Positions 1 through 10,340 of a stretch of DNA of 64,000 nt are shown one piece after another. The stretch's first letter is position 1. Every line of letters starts with the position of its first letter. A program made the translations under genes and the position numbers. The stretch is from an uncultured delta proteobacterium (GTDB lineage: Bacteria > Myxococcota_A > Polyangia > Polyangiales > JAFGIB01): positions 96,001-160,000 of the forward strand of contig CAVZVA010000011.1 of the NCBI GenBank assembly GCA_963778655.1, read 5' to 3'. Under the pieces are notes generated by a model that saw only the letters and a list, made by a program, of their open reading frames with translations, ran no database searches and had not been told where the DNA came from.

Positions 1-57
1 ATGGTGTTTCTGCCTCCGCAACGTGTTCTGCACGGTTGAGGGCGAGCCGCCGCGAAT

Positions 58-435
58 GTGACAGGGAATCGTCGGATGGCCTATCGCGACGCGAGCGTGC
101 CGACCGCAGCGCGCGCCCGCGCCTATCTGGCCGGCAACTGCGCCAGCTGTCACACCGCCCCCGAGAACCTGTGCTCGGGCGACCTGCGCTGGTTCGCGAG
201 CGACGCGCAGATGGGCGTGTGCAATCAGGCGTCGAAGCTGCCCGATGCGAGCTGGTCCGCGGGCACGATGCTGCTCGCACCCGCTGACCCCGAGCGTCCG
301 GCGATCGTGCATCGCATGCGCGCGCCAGGCGGCAGCGCGCTCGCCATGCCGCCGATCGGACGCCATGCGGTGGACGAGCGGGGCGTGGCGCTGATCACGC
401 AATGGGTCCGCGGGATGCAGAGCTGCCAGCCGTGA
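58..435 (+). CDS. C-terminal heme c (CxxCH) domain of an SO2930-like cytochrome c protein; probably 5'-truncated
   Basis: ARAYLAGNCASCH heme motif followed by ...MPPIGR...D..G..LI..W; no convincing N-terminus. Confidence 0.55.
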   Translation: MTGNRRMAYRDASVPTAARARAYLAGNCASCHTAPENLCSGDLRWFASDAQMGVCNQASKLPDASWSAGTMLLAPADPERPAIVHRMRAPGGSALAMPPIGRHAVDERGVALITQWVRGMQSCQP

Positions 436-439
436 AGCG

Positions 440-690
440 CTCGCGCAGCTCGGGCTCAGGCTGTCGGTCCGCGAGCTCGAGGCCGCGAATGCCCAGCCGT
501 GCACCTCCGCGCACGACTTTGGCGATGGCGCGCGCCGGCGTACGCGGTAGCGACATGCCGTAGCCCGAAAGCACCTGCACCAACAGCTCGAGCCCATGCG
601 CCAGGCGTCCGCTCATCAGGTACTGCGCGACGGCCAAGCCCTTGCGCCGAGCGACCTCGGTCGCGGGGAGCGCAGCGCCCGGCACTCCCC
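440..690 (-). pseudogene. Internal fragment of a myxobacterial kinase/AAA-ATPase/TPR-type protein
   Basis: Reads RRKGLAVAQYLMSGRLAHGLELLVQVLSGYGMSLPRTPARA; no start or end. Confidence 0.35.
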
Positions 691-737
691 ACGCTCCGAG
701 GTTTGTGCGGGCGCGGCGCGCAACGTAGGATGCAGGC

Positions 738-1529
738 GTGTCTCTGCTCCGCGTTCTGCTCGACGACCTCATCATCACGGACGAAGCCTCGTTCGCGCAC
801 GTGGCCCTCTACGTGCGGCTCAAGAACGCGCTTCAAGAGGCCAAGTATCCCTTTCACGTTGCGGCGCAGGGCGTGCCGCTCAGTTGGGACCGCGTCACGT
901 TCCTGAACTTGACGTTCTGGAGCGCAGAAGAAGGCGCAGATGTGCTGTGCGAAAACAGCATTCCCGCGGACGTGGTCGCGCATGTCGCGTGGCATCACCT
1001 CACGACCACACAGCTCGCACGGCTCGCTCCCGTTGCGACAGGAGCGCCCTGTGCGGATGCGCTCTTCTTCGGCGAAGCCATCGCCAGCGCGTTCGACCTG
1101 TACTTGGTGGGTCGCCTACGCAACATGCCCGACTCGGACTTCATCGCCACACAGGTCCCGATCATGGGGGAAGCGGCCGAGCAGGCAGGCCTCGACCCCG
1201 CGCAGTTCGACGCCTTGCTCGACGAGGTGGCCCTCGATCCCGAGCGGGCGTTCGAGGACCTCCGGTCGTTGCTTTTCGACGTGGCGCGCGGGCTGTTCGG
1301 CTGTCGCAACGCTGTCCAGGCCCAGCGGGTGCTCGAGAGTTTCGCGGCCCACCGCTTCACGTGCCTGTTGCACCACTATCAGCTCTCCAATTGGCTGCTG
1401 TACGCGCATGCGTACGGCGCGCCTGACCCCGTTCAAGAGCGCGCCGTACACGAGATCGACGAGACCCTGCGCCACGCGCCGGTGGCCCTCGATTGGCTCA
1501 CCGATCACTGGTTGCCCCCCGCGACCTGA
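738..1529 (+). CDS. Hypothetical protein
   Basis: 263-aa ORF with normal high-GC codon usage and globular composition. Confidence 0.7.
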   Translation: MSLLRVLLDDLIITDEASFAHVALYVRLKNALQEAKYPFHVAAQGVPLSWDRVTFLNLTFWSAEEGADVLCENSIPADVVAHVAWHHLTTTQLARLAPVATGAPCADALFFGEAIASAFDLYLVGRLRNMPDSDFIATQVPIMGEAAEQAGLDPAQFDALLDEVALDPERAFEDLRSLLFDVARGLFGCRNAVQAQRVLESFAAHRFTCLLHHYQLSNWLLYAHAYGAPDPVQERAVHEIDETLRHAPVALDWLTDHWLPPAT

Positions 1530-1544
1530 GCCCGCCTCTAGACT

Positions 1545-1713
1545 CTAGAGCACCGAACATATTGAAACGCGTGCGAAGTCGGGGTCGGCGGGATGCAGGG
1601 TGCGGGCGGGAGCCCGAAGGCGTAGTCCATCCTACCTCGAGCGGGGAGCGCGCGTGCCATGCGCCCGCGAGGGCCCCGAAATCGTGCGTGTTTCAATAGG
1701 TTCGGTGCTCTAG
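1545..1713. mobile_element. 169-bp MITE-like element with CTAG ends
   Basis: CTAGAGCACCGAACATATTGAAAC ... GTTTCAATAGGTTCGGTGCTCTAG terminal inverted repeats (1 mismatch in 24); no ORF. Confidence 0.8.
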
Positions 1714-1743
1714 GAGTCCAACCTGCGACCATCAGCTTAGAAG
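1712..1743 (-). repeat. Degenerate copy of the tRNA-Arg 3' half (att site)
   Basis: AGGAGTCCAACCTGCGACCATCAGCTTAGAAG matches 19810-19841 at 29/32 positions in the same orientation. Confidence 0.8.
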
Positions 1744-1829
1744 ACCTGGCCGTCTTCAATCATTCCGCCGGGCTGCAAGGCCGCGTAGGGTCGTGGACGG
1801 GTTCACGGCCGCCGGCGCGCTGGAGGAGT

Positions 1830-1948
1830 TGCTGAGCGCCCAGCTCTCGCGGTCGCCAAGAAGCGCTCGACCGCGATCGACCTGCTCTTGACGGAACTCC
1901 TGCTGCCCGAGATGGGAGGCGCAGAGCTGGCCCAGCAGCAGCTCGCGT
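1830..1948 (+). pseudogene. Response-regulator receiver domain fragment
   Basis: ALAVAKKRSTAIDLLLTELLLPEMGGAELA resembles the IDLLLTDVVMPxMxGxELA receiver motif. Confidence 0.45.
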
Positions 1949-1950
1949 CT

Positions 1951-3591
1951 TCAGAGAATCCGCACTGGCGCACAATATTGCTGATCGTTCTGGATCGCGA
2001 TCACGTAGCCCACGGGACATCCGCCATTCGTTGGGGGCGGGGTGCAGATGCCCACGCCGTCGGGCTGGACGTAAGTCCTCCAGTTCGGGTCGCAAGTGCC
2101 GGCATCGGACCCAGGAGGAGGAGGCGGCGGCGGGGGAATGCAACAGCCGCCCGTGCAGACGTCCTCGTTCGTGCAGTCGGCATCGGTGGTGCAGGACGTA
2201 AGCCCCTCCGGACACGCATTGCCAGCGCAGAACGTCACGCAGGCCTCGCCCGAGTCTCCGCCGACCTTGTTCTGGTCGCCGTCGTGGACCATCACCTGGA
2301 AGCGATAGTTGTGAGCGACTTCCAGTCGGATGTCCCAGCGCACCTCGGTGCCATACGCCTCCGCCTTCGTGATCGCGCCGGCGGGGGGCGTGTGGCCGTT
2401 GCCGTAGTTCTGGTTGTTCTTGGCGGGATCGGCGTCCGGGGTGATCGACGCACCGCTCGCGTCGACGGTCCGAACCGCGCCCTTCCACGTCCCGGCAACA
2501 TAAGTCGGATTCACCGGGGTGCCGCCCCATTGCCAGTCGCCCGACACGGCGTTCGCATCGTTGGTGATGTCCGTGATGAACAGTGCCGGCCACATCGGAC
2601 GTCCCACTGGATCGACGCCTGCCTGCTGTCCGATGATCAAGTTGGTACCCGTCTGGGGCGGGGTGACCACGTCGGGGCTGTTCGTCAGGGGCGAAACCGG
2701 GTACGACGTGGAAACACCATCGATGACGGTCTCGCGAACGCCGAGCGTCATCGCGTGCTCGTCGTTGTAAAAGAGCTGGATGCTCGCAAACGGGTACCCG
2801 CCCGAAGGGACGATTGCCGCGAGGACGGTGCTCTCGTTGAAGAGGATGTCCGTAAGCGGATTGCTGCTCGCGTATGGGTACCCGCACTCGGTGATGACCG
2901 GCCCGACCACGCCGGGCTTGCAGGCGGTTGGCGTGGAGCCGCCGGAGCTACCGCCTGCACCCGTCTGACCGGTCCCCGGAGTGCAGCTCATGGTCTTGGA
3001 ATTGCAGCACGTGCCGCCCACGCACGAGAGCCCGGCCTTGCACTTGTTCATCGGCTGGCACTGACACCCGAGCGACCCCGCTGCGCAGTTGGTAGGATCG
3101 ACCGAGCCCGTGGCACCGGCGGGGATCTGGCACGTTCCAGAGACGCAGATCCCGCTCGCGCAATCCGGCCCCGTAGCGCAGGTGGTGTTAGGCAGCATCC
3201 CGGTCGGCTCACAGAGCCCTCCGGTGCACTTGCCACTCTGGCAATCGTTCGCCGCTATGCATGACGAGCCCGCTGCGGAGCGGCCGCCGGAGCTCGCATC
3301 GCTGCTGGAGCTCGCATCGCTGCGGGAAGCCGAACCGCCGTCGGACGGCGAACCACCGTCCGACGTCGAGCCGTCGGCGCCCGGGGTCGACCCATCGGAC
3401 CCGCCGTCGATCGAGCCCTGACACACTCCGCCGACGCACGGCTGACCGGCACAGTCTTGCGACTTGGTGCATTTTCGGCCCGCTGAAGCACCGCCGCTGT
3501 GTTCGCTCGAGCTGCAGGCGAAGGCCGCCACGCCGGCGACGAGGAGAAATCCAAAAAGCCCGCCGTACCCACGACGCTGTTGATGAGCCAT
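1951..3591 (-). CDS. Cys-rich putative lipoprotein (myxobacterial type)
   Basis: ATG at 3591 with GGAGGA RBS; signal peptide ending AFACSSS; Cys-rich repeats flanking a central globular domain. Confidence 0.75.
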   Translation of the reverse strand: MAHQQRRGYGGLFGFLLVAGVAAFACSSSEHSGGASAGRKCTKSQDCAGQPCVGGVCQGSIDGGSDGSTPGADGSTSDGGSPSDGGSASRSDASSSSDASSGGRSAAGSSCIAANDCQSGKCTGGLCEPTGMLPNTTCATGPDCASGICVSGTCQIPAGATGSVDPTNCAAGSLGCQCQPMNKCKAGLSCVGGTCCNSKTMSCTPGTGQTGAGGSSGGSTPTACKPGVVGPVITECGYPYASSNPLTDILFNESTVLAAIVPSGGYPFASIQLFYNDEHAMTLGVRETVIDGVSTSYPVSPLTNSPDVVTPPQTGTNLIIGQQAGVDPVGRPMWPALFITDITNDANAVSGDWQWGGTPVNPTYVAGTWKGAVRTVDASGASITPDADPAKNNQNYGNGHTPPAGAITKAEAYGTEVRWDIRLEVAHNYRFQVMVHDGDQNKVGGDSGEACVTFCAGNACPEGLTSCTTDADCTNEDVCTGGCCIPPPPPPPPGSDAGTCDPNWRTYVQPDGVGICTPPPTNGGCPVGYVIAIQNDQQYCAPVRIL

Positions 3592-3730
3592 CCGTTGTCC
3601 TCCGATGCCACCGGAGGAGCGCGCAAGCACAAACCCCGGCTGCTCTAGAACTAGGTTACGAGCTGGTCGCTCGAGCGACAACACGTGCGGACTCGAATCG
3701 GGGTCGATGGCACTACATCGACGTACAGAC

Positions 3731-3810
3731 GTCCGGGATCGTGCTGAGGCGAGCAAACGTGCGCATCGATCCGTCGTCCGGGATCGCGCTGAAGCAAAGC
3801 AAACGTGCGC
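3731..3810. repeat. Two ~35-bp imperfect direct repeats
   Basis: GTCCGGGATCGTGCTGAGGCGAGCAAACGTGCGC and GTCCGGGATCGCGCTGAAGCAAAGCAAACGTGCGC. Confidence 0.7.
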
Positions 3811-3835
3811 GCCAGGCAAAATGCCGGAGAGGCAC

Positions 3836-4679
3836 CATCCTGCGGCGCATCGACGAGCTCACGGTGCCGGCCTGTCGAGCGGTCATTGCCGGGCGCTACG
3901 AGCAGGCGCGCTCTCTCTACGAAGAGCAGCTTGGCGAGCTACTCGACCCCGCCATGGCGGGCATTCCCGAGGAGCTCCGAACCTGGGGAATCCGGGCGCT
4001 CCACTATGCGATCGGAAACGTCGAAGCGAGCTTCGGCCGCGAGCAGGCACTGGTGCACGCGGCCGAGATCGAGGATGTCCCAGGCTGGCTGGTACCGGGC
4101 TACAGCGTCAGGCGGGTCTACCACCTCACGATGGGCAACCTGCGTCAGGCCGAGCGCTACCGCACGCAGATGGAGCTCACCTGCCTGCAGAGTGCGACCA
4201 AGCCGCCTTTCGCGGCGGCGGCGGTGTTCCAGCACCTGTTCGTGTATGCGTTGACTGACAACGCCAACGGCATGCGGGCCGCGATCCCGGAGCTCGAAAC
4301 GCTCGCACGCTCGCAGCCCGGTATGGGCCCGTTCGTGCCATACGCGCGCGCCGAGCACGCGCGCATCTGCGGCGACTACGAGGAGGCGCGCACCTGGATC
4401 GAACGCGCGCAGCAGCAGGTTCGCCCCGGCGACCATCCAGTGTGGCCCTGCCTCGTCACAAGCACGCTGTCCACCCGGGTGGCGCAGGGCCGCTACGACG
4501 AGGCGCGCGCAATCGGGCTGCGCGAAGTGGCGAGGGCCGAGGCGCTGGGGATGATCGTGGTGCGCGGCGATATCGATATGCCGCTCGCGCTGGCCGAAGC
4601 CAAGCTCGGCGATTTCGACAGCGCGTGCGCGCGCATCGATCGGCTGATCGAGGGTCGCCTGGTCCAAAAAGGCAGATGA
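3836..4679 (+). pseudogene. Internal helical/TPR-like fragment of a large myxobacterial kinase-ATPase protein
   Basis: ~280 codons with good codon bias and TPR-like helices; no start; ends at the 25-bp repeat. Confidence 0.45.
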
Positions 4680-4762
4680 TCCCGCGGGCCACCGGTAGAG
4701 CGCGATCAACGGGGTGACCGTTGCGGAGAAACACGCTGGCAGATGATCCCGCGGGCCACCGG
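4671..4762. repeat. Exact 25-bp direct repeat x2 with 42-bp spacer
   Basis: GGCAGATGATCCCGCGGGCCACCGG at 4671-4695 and 4738-4762. Confidence 0.85.
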
Positions 4763-4897
4763 ACTACTCGTCCGAGAAGCTGGCCGCGGTGAGATCGTCG
4801 AAGCCTAGGGGTGGCCCGGCATCGCCAAACCCACGGTAGCGAAGGATCCAGGCGCAAAGCCTCCTTTGGTCGATTGGGACACCTGACCGCAGCGCCC

Positions 4898-6094
4898 TCA
4901 ATGCCCGGCCGGCGCCCCAGCCATTTGCATGGGCGCCGGCATCGGGGTGTCCTTCGTGACGATCATGCAGTAGGACGGATAGCTCGCGGGCAGGCCGTTC
5001 GCGTACGGGGAAGTCCCGAACCCAAACGGGTGATTCTTCAGGAAATCCCAGCCCGCGGCCTTGAGGTCGGGCGGAGCGCCCACGTGGCCGCCGCCGTGAT
5101 CGCAGTCGACTGCGAAGCCGCCCTTCTTGGCGATGTCGATGTCTTCTCGCAAGCTGGAATCGCCGAAGTCGATCACGACCACGTCGACGCCACGCGCGCC
5201 GTGCATGGTCAGCGCCGCGGGCACGTGCGTCGGATCCTGGAGGATCATGTTCATCGGATAGCCGCCTTGGCCACCGGAGTTCGGGTTCGCCGCGGCGACG
5301 TAGCTTGAGCGCCCGTAGGCGATCTCGCCCGCCGCCAAGCCGCCGGCGCTGGCTCCGGCCGAGTAGATGCGGTGGGTGTCGATGTTCAGCTGCTGAACGG
5401 CGCACGCCACGATCTGGTCCGCGCTCTGGTAGTCGCCGGTTGTGAACACGCCCCAGTCGAGCGTGTCGCCCGGAAGGCCGCCTTCGACCGAACCGATCAC
5501 GCCGCCCTGCGACATGATGTCGTTGACGCAGGTGGGATCGAGCTCCGCCGTCGCGGTCAAGGCGGTTCCGCCCGTGCCGTGGAAGTAGAGCATGATGGGG
5601 CCCTTCTGCGTGTCGGACTTGGTGCCCACCCAGATCTGACTGGTGACGCCCATGAAGGTGAAGGGGCCTGTGACCATCGGGGGACAGTCGCCGACCGGCG
5701 CAGGGATCACCGGATCGGTGCCGTTGCTGCACGGCGCGCCGGCAATGCAGCCCGGGGCGGGCGGTGTGGTGCCGCCTCCCATTCCGACCGCGGGCACACC
5801 CCCCGTGGCTCCAATGGCGGCCACCCCGCCAGTGCCCGTCGCAGGCAATCCACCGGCTTGCCCAGCCGTGCCCGTCGGCTGTCCGGCCGGTTGCGCCGGG
5901 CTCGCAGCTCCGGAGCTCGGCTGGCCGGCATTGCCAAACGAAGACGCGCCAGGGGCGCTTGGGCTACCAACGGCAGCGTTCGGTGGCCCGACCTGCGCTT
6001 GGGACTGCTGCGATTTGCTGCCTTCGCTTGCCGCACAACCGACGACCGAGAGGGCGCAAGCCGCCACTCGAAATACATGGACCCTGGTCGACAT
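4898..6094 (-). CDS. Lipoprotein alpha/beta hydrolase (esterase / PHB-depolymerase-like)
   Basis: Lipobox VVGC; Pro/Gly linker; YFHGTG oxyanion motif; GASAGG nucleophile elbow; C-terminal GGH. Confidence 0.75.
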   Translation of the reverse strand: MSTRVHVFRVAACALSVVGCAASEGSKSQQSQAQVGPPNAAVGSPSAPGASSFGNAGQPSSGAASPAQPAGQPTGTAGQAGGLPATGTGGVAAIGATGGVPAVGMGGGTTPPAPGCIAGAPCSNGTDPVIPAPVGDCPPMVTGPFTFMGVTSQIWVGTKSDTQKGPIMLYFHGTGGTALTATAELDPTCVNDIMSQGGVIGSVEGGLPGDTLDWGVFTTGDYQSADQIVACAVQQLNIDTHRIYSAGASAGGLAAGEIAYGRSSYVAAANPNSGGQGGYPMNMILQDPTHVPAALTMHGARGVDVVVIDFGDSSLREDIDIAKKGGFAVDCDHGGGHVGAPPDLKAAGWDFLKNHPFGFGTSPYANGLPASYPSYCMIVTKDTPMPAPMQMAGAPAGH

Positions 6095-6411
6095 CACGAG
6101 CCTCCGTGACCAACCAGCACCTCCAACGGCACCCGCAGCGATACATACGCTTCGACCTGGCTGCGCACAAGCCCCGGCCGCGCGAAAGCATGGCCCGCCA
6201 GGACGCGGTGGTGGAGTCGCTCGACGCGAACGGGGGTCATCCAGGCCAAGCTACAAGCGTGGAATACGTGGTCGCCCCCGAACGCTGCGAGGCCGATGGC
6301 TTCGTCTTGCCCTGCTACGACGTCGACGATGGCCCGCTTCTTTCGGAAGCCGTCAACGAGTCCTACGAGCACCTGCGTGGGCTTGATTCGATCTCGTAGA
6401 CAGGTTTTCCG

Positions 6412-7047
6412 TCACGTGAGCCAAGGCTCTTCGCTCGTGCTGCGCCAGCCCGAAAGCCCGTGCACGCGTGCGTACCACGCGGCCAGTGCCGGATAGCTGG
6501 CGAATGGAAAGCCGAGGCGACGAAAGTAAATCGTCATCGCAGCCACGGAAAAGTCGGCGAGGGTAGGCTCGTCGCCCGCCAGATGCGCGCTGATCGCGAG
6601 CCGGCGCTCGAGCTGCCGCAGCAAGGCGACCAGCTCGGATGCCGACCACTGTGGCTCGCCGCTGGGTGGGCCGATCAGGCTCGGTACCATGATGTGACCC
6701 GCGTGCAGGCGCAGCACTTGCGTGAGGGTCGGTTGCCAGTGCGCAGACTCCCAGAACATCCAGCGCAAGATCTCGGCGCGACCTCCGGCAGTGCGCGCGA
6801 AAAAGCGAGATCGGCCGTACGCCTCGGCCAGGTACACCAGAATGGCATTGGACTCGGTCAGCGTCAGCTCCCCGTCGACCAGGGTGGGGACCTTACCGAA
6901 CGGGTTGAGGGCGAGAAACGACGGAGCCCGGCCTTCACCACGGTACACGTTCACCTCGACGATCTCGGCCGCGACGCCGAGCTGGCGCAACAAGGCGACC
7001 GCCTTGCGCCCGTTCGAGGAGAAAGACGCCGTGTAGAGCGTGAGCAC
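6412..7047 (-). CDS. Glutathione S-transferase family protein
   Basis: SSNGRK, LNPFGKVPTL, ESNAIL, AGDEPTLAD motifs; GTG start at 7047. Confidence 0.88.
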   Translation of the reverse strand: MLTLYTASFSSNGRKAVALLRQLGVAAEIVEVNVYRGEGRAPSFLALNPFGKVPTLVDGELTLTESNAILVYLAEAYGRSRFFARTAGGRAEILRWMFWESAHWQPTLTQVLRLHAGHIMVPSLIGPPSGEPQWSASELVALLRQLERRLAISAHLAGDEPTLADFSVAAMTIYFRRLGFPFASYPALAAWYARVHGLSGWRSTSEEPWLT

Positions 7048-7305
7048 CGACCGGCCATTCGATGCGCTCGGGCACCCTTTGTCAACGAACGCCGCTCGCC
7101 CTTCGGCGAGCGGCGGCCGCCGCAGGCGACGGGTGGAAGGGTTACACTCTCGGGCGCGGCCCACCTCCGCCGTGCGGGGATCCCAGATGCGGGTGTCCGT
7201 GTTCACGTCTGGCGACGATGATCAAGCGCGCCAGGAACCTGCTGCGAGTCGTGCGAGCCCGGCCTGGCGACAGTGGCCCCGGAACGTCTGATAGCTCATC
7301 GAGAG

Positions 7306-7965
7306 GCGCACGACCCGCACTTCCTCCAGGCTGTCGATCCACTCGGGCGCACGTGTGTAGTCGAACAGCACACTGGCAACGCGAACGATCTCCGCATTGA
7401 CGATGCCTTCGCCCAACAGGTCGATGATCTCGCTGCCCGGAACCTCGCACTTGAAGGTGATGATCCCGTGGCCGGAGCTGGTCTCGAGAAGTGACGTGCT
7501 GTTCTGTGCGCCACAGCTTGGGAGGGCGTCCATGACATGCTCGGCCCGCTCGAGTTCATCGAGTACGATCACATCGGCACGCCTCCCACCATCATGAAGG
7601 ACCGCGATTTTGTCTGCCACGGCAAGCTCTGGCTCGATCTCAACGAGCGGAGCCTGGTGATGACGATCGAGCCCGCCGCCGATCCGAAGCTGCCGCCGAC
7701 CCGTTACGTCCGGGGCGAGCTTCGCGGCTACTGGAAGCTCAAAGCGATGGACGGCAGACGAAGGACGTTCGTGATCGCGGAGATGCACGGAGATCCCAAG
7801 GGATCGGTCCCCAAGTGGTTGGTCAACCTCTTTCAAGAGGGCTGGGCGCGCAACACGATCGAGAGCTTGCGCACACAAGTGGCCAAGCCGGACATTTACG
7901 TGATGCCGCAGGTGCAGGCGGCCTTCGACGGCAAGCCGATCGCGTTCGCCGCCAAGTCGAAGTGA
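7306..7965. pseudogene. START-domain lipid-binding protein split by an inversion
   Basis: N-part (GIITFKCEVPGS...EWIDSLEEVRVVR) on minus 7306-~7470; continuation (MLGPLEFIEYDHIGTP...DRDFV...DPKGSVPKWLVN) on plus 7537-7965. Confidence 0.75.
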
Positions 7966-8109
7966 GCGCGGCCGCGGCGAAGGGCGCGCACTTCTGATCG
8001 AGCACCAGCAACGCGCCGCCGGTGCCACTACGCGGCATCCGTCTCGCCTGTCACCTCCGACCGAACTATGCAAGTATCGAGGACCGTCCCTCGTGTTCCG
8101 TCCTCGTGT

Positions 8110-8426
8110 TCCAGCAGAAGATCGGCTCCGGCAAGCAGCAGATCTGGATCGCCGCCATCGACATGGCCAAGCTCGGCAGTGGCGATGACCCGAGCTACCC
8201 GGCATTTCGCGTGCCATTCATGGAGCTGAGCGAGGACTGCCACCGCCCGTTCTGGGCGCTGGACGCGCTGTCGGACTGCGGCACCGGCGGCATGGGCGGC
8301 ACCGGCGGCGGTCCCCAGTGCGTGAATCTGGCGGGCGACTGCACCAGCGGTCTGTGCTGCAGCGGCCTCGAGTGCACGTACATCCCGAATGACGACAGCT
8401 TCGTGTGCGAGGTGCCGCTGGGCTGA
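8110..8426 (+). pseudogene. C-terminal fragment of a myxobacterial TolB-like/Cys-rich protein
   Basis: QIWIAAID...DPSYPAFRVPFM...HRPFW followed by a Cys-rich tail; N-terminus missing. Confidence 0.5.
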
Positions 8427-8459
8427 GGCTCGCGCCGGCGCCCACCACCCGACACGTGG

Positions 8460-8990
8460 TCAGACGCGCGCGGCACGCCCGCCGACACTGCGCGCCATCG
8501 GCTTGCTCGGCGCAGCGATGTAGGGAGGGAGCTGCCACCGCTCGTCGCTCAAGATGGCCCTGCGCCGCGCGCGCTCGAGCAGCAGCCTGTCCACGCTCAG
8601 CCGCCTCCCGCCGCCGGTGGCCAACAGCGCGAGCGCAATCGCCGCGAGCAGCAGCGGGGACTCGAAGCCACCATCGCGCGCGAACAGGCCGTGCAGCCGC
8701 AGCGCGGCGATCCCGAGCGGCGCCACGCACAGCAAGCTCAGCGCCGAGAGCCGCGTCAGCCAGCCCATCGCAAGCGCGAGCCCGACGAAGAGGGCGCCGG
8801 CAACCGAGATCGGCGCCACCACCTCCGGCGCCGGCACGCCGAGTTGTGCCAAGCTCGCCTCCCAACCTCCGAGGTCCTGGAGCTCTCGCCAGCCGTGGGC
8901 GGCGACGACCAAGCCGGTGATCAGCCGCAACGCCGCCATCGCCAGCGTCACCTGCACTGGCGGTGGCTCTTCGAACGCGATGTTTCTCAT
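8460..8990 (-). CDS. DoxX family membrane protein
   Basis: LRL..G...AHGW..L, GWLTRLSA, GGFE, G.G..SVD motifs; GGAGGAG RBS. Confidence 0.8.
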   Translation of the reverse strand: MRNIAFEEPPPVQVTLAMAALRLITGLVVAAHGWRELQDLGGWEASLAQLGVPAPEVVAPISVAGALFVGLALAMGWLTRLSALSLLCVAPLGIAALRLHGLFARDGGFESPLLLAAIALALLATGGGRRLSVDRLLLERARRRAILSDERWQLPPYIAAPSKPMARSVGGRAARV

Positions 8991-9119
8991 GACGGCTCCT
9001 CCCGTGTGATGGATTCGCACATGAGGTCTCTCCTCGCCGGGCACATCCCCCAAATTTTTCACGGCCAGAGAAACGGTTCCCCTGAGAATTTCGGATCGTA
9101 ATCGGGCTGCGATCGTGCG

Positions 9120-9162
9120 ATTTCGTTCACACCATGTTTCGAGCACAAATTTCGATCACACC
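9120..9162. promoter_or_regulatory. Three direct repeats TTTCGWKCACA upstream of doxX; candidate operator
   Basis: TTTCGTTCACA, TTTCGAGCACA, TTTCGATCACA in an AT-richer intergenic region. Confidence 0.4.
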
Positions 9163-9232
9163 GATGCAAGTTGCTCGCTACGGTCATGTGTCGACTTCGA
9201 AACCTCACCGCGGTCCGAGTCCCGCGTCCCCC

Positions 9233-9613
9233 CTACGTCGGCGTGCCGGCGCTTGCGCAGTCCGGCTGCACGGCCGCCAGGAGCGAGGCGAGATCGATCG
9301 GCTTCCTGAGCAGTCCTGCCACGTCGAGGCCATGAATCTCTCGTCTCGCGCTCATCGCGATAACCGGTACCGTCGCGATGGTCTCGTCGGCAACCTGCCG
9401 CTCGCGAAACTGCCAGCCGTCGACGACCGGCATCATCAGATCGAGCAAGATCACTTCGGGCAGCGGCCGCATCGCGCGCGGGACCCGCAGCGCCTCGCCT
9501 CCGTGAGAGGCCCAGCCGACGCGATAGCCCGCGCTCTGGAGGCTCTCGACCACGGCCTCGCGCACGCCGGCGTGGTCCTCGACGACCAGGATTTGGATGC
9601 GTTCGGAGCTCAA
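9233..9613 (-). CDS. Single-domain response regulator
   Basis: ILVVEDH, ILLDLMMPVVDG, PVIAMSA, KP motifs. Confidence 0.82.
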   Translation of the reverse strand: MSSERIQILVVEDHAGVREAVVESLQSAGYRVGWASHGGEALRVPRAMRPLPEVILLDLMMPVVDGWQFRERQVADETIATVPVIAMSARREIHGLDVAGLLRKPIDLASLLAAVQPDCASAGTPT

Positions 9614-10340
9614 GCTCGATCCTCCGCGGTGCCCCCCGGCGGCTGGTACGGCAGCTCGACGGTGAACGCGGAGCCCTCACCCGGCCGGCTATCGACCACG
9701 ATGCTGCCGCCGTGTGCGCTGACGATTTGCCGCGCGATGAACAAGCCGAGGCCGAGACCACCGTAGTGGCGCGAGGAGACCGCCCGCTCGAAGCGCTCGA
9801 ATACTCGGGCGAGCTCCTCCTCGGCGATGCCGATGCCGTGGTCCTGCACGCGCAGCGCCACCGACTCCCCGCGATCGCTGATGCGAACCAGTACCGGAGC
9901 ACCCTTGCCGTACTTGAGCGCGTTCACCAATAAGTTCGTATACACCTGCTCGATGCGAAACCTATCCCACTTGCCCGCGGCCGTCTCGTGAGCTGCAGGA
10001 CCATCGCGCTGAGCGGCGTCTTGAGCTCGTGCGATGCGATCGACAGAAACTCGTCGCGGACCCGGACTGCCTCGGCGAGCTCCGCCGTGCGTTCCTGCAC
10101 CTGCCGCTCGAGCTCGTCGTGAACCACCCTCAGCGCGCGAGCCGCGTTCAAACGCTCGGTCACGTCGCGGATGGCGACGGCCACCACCGTCCCGTGGCGC
10201 GTTGCAATCGGGCTCAAGCTGATCTCGGCCGCGAATTCCGAGCCGTCCTTGCGCAGCGCGCGCAGATCGAGACCCGACCCCATCGGACGTGGCTGCGGCT
10301 GCAGCAGATAGCTCAGCGCAGTTCAGCTTGACGACCCGGT
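9610..10340 (-). pseudogene. PAS sensor histidine kinase, 5'-truncated with internal deletion/frameshift
   Basis: PAC ([14 protein letters not shown]), H-box ASHELKTPL, then a frame change to NALKYG, DHGIGI, GLGLGL. Confidence 0.8.

Noticed and set aside
4671..4762. Possible CRISPR mini-array (25-bp repeat, 42-bp spacer)
   Set aside because: Only two repeats, no cas genes or leader in the window, and the motif recurs elsewhere as a hairpin; kept only as a repeat.
6190..6399. Small ORF MARQDAVV...
   Set aside because: No recognisable motif; cannot tell a gene from a remnant. The same applies to fragments at 10360-10950, 17490-17680 and 31700-32180.
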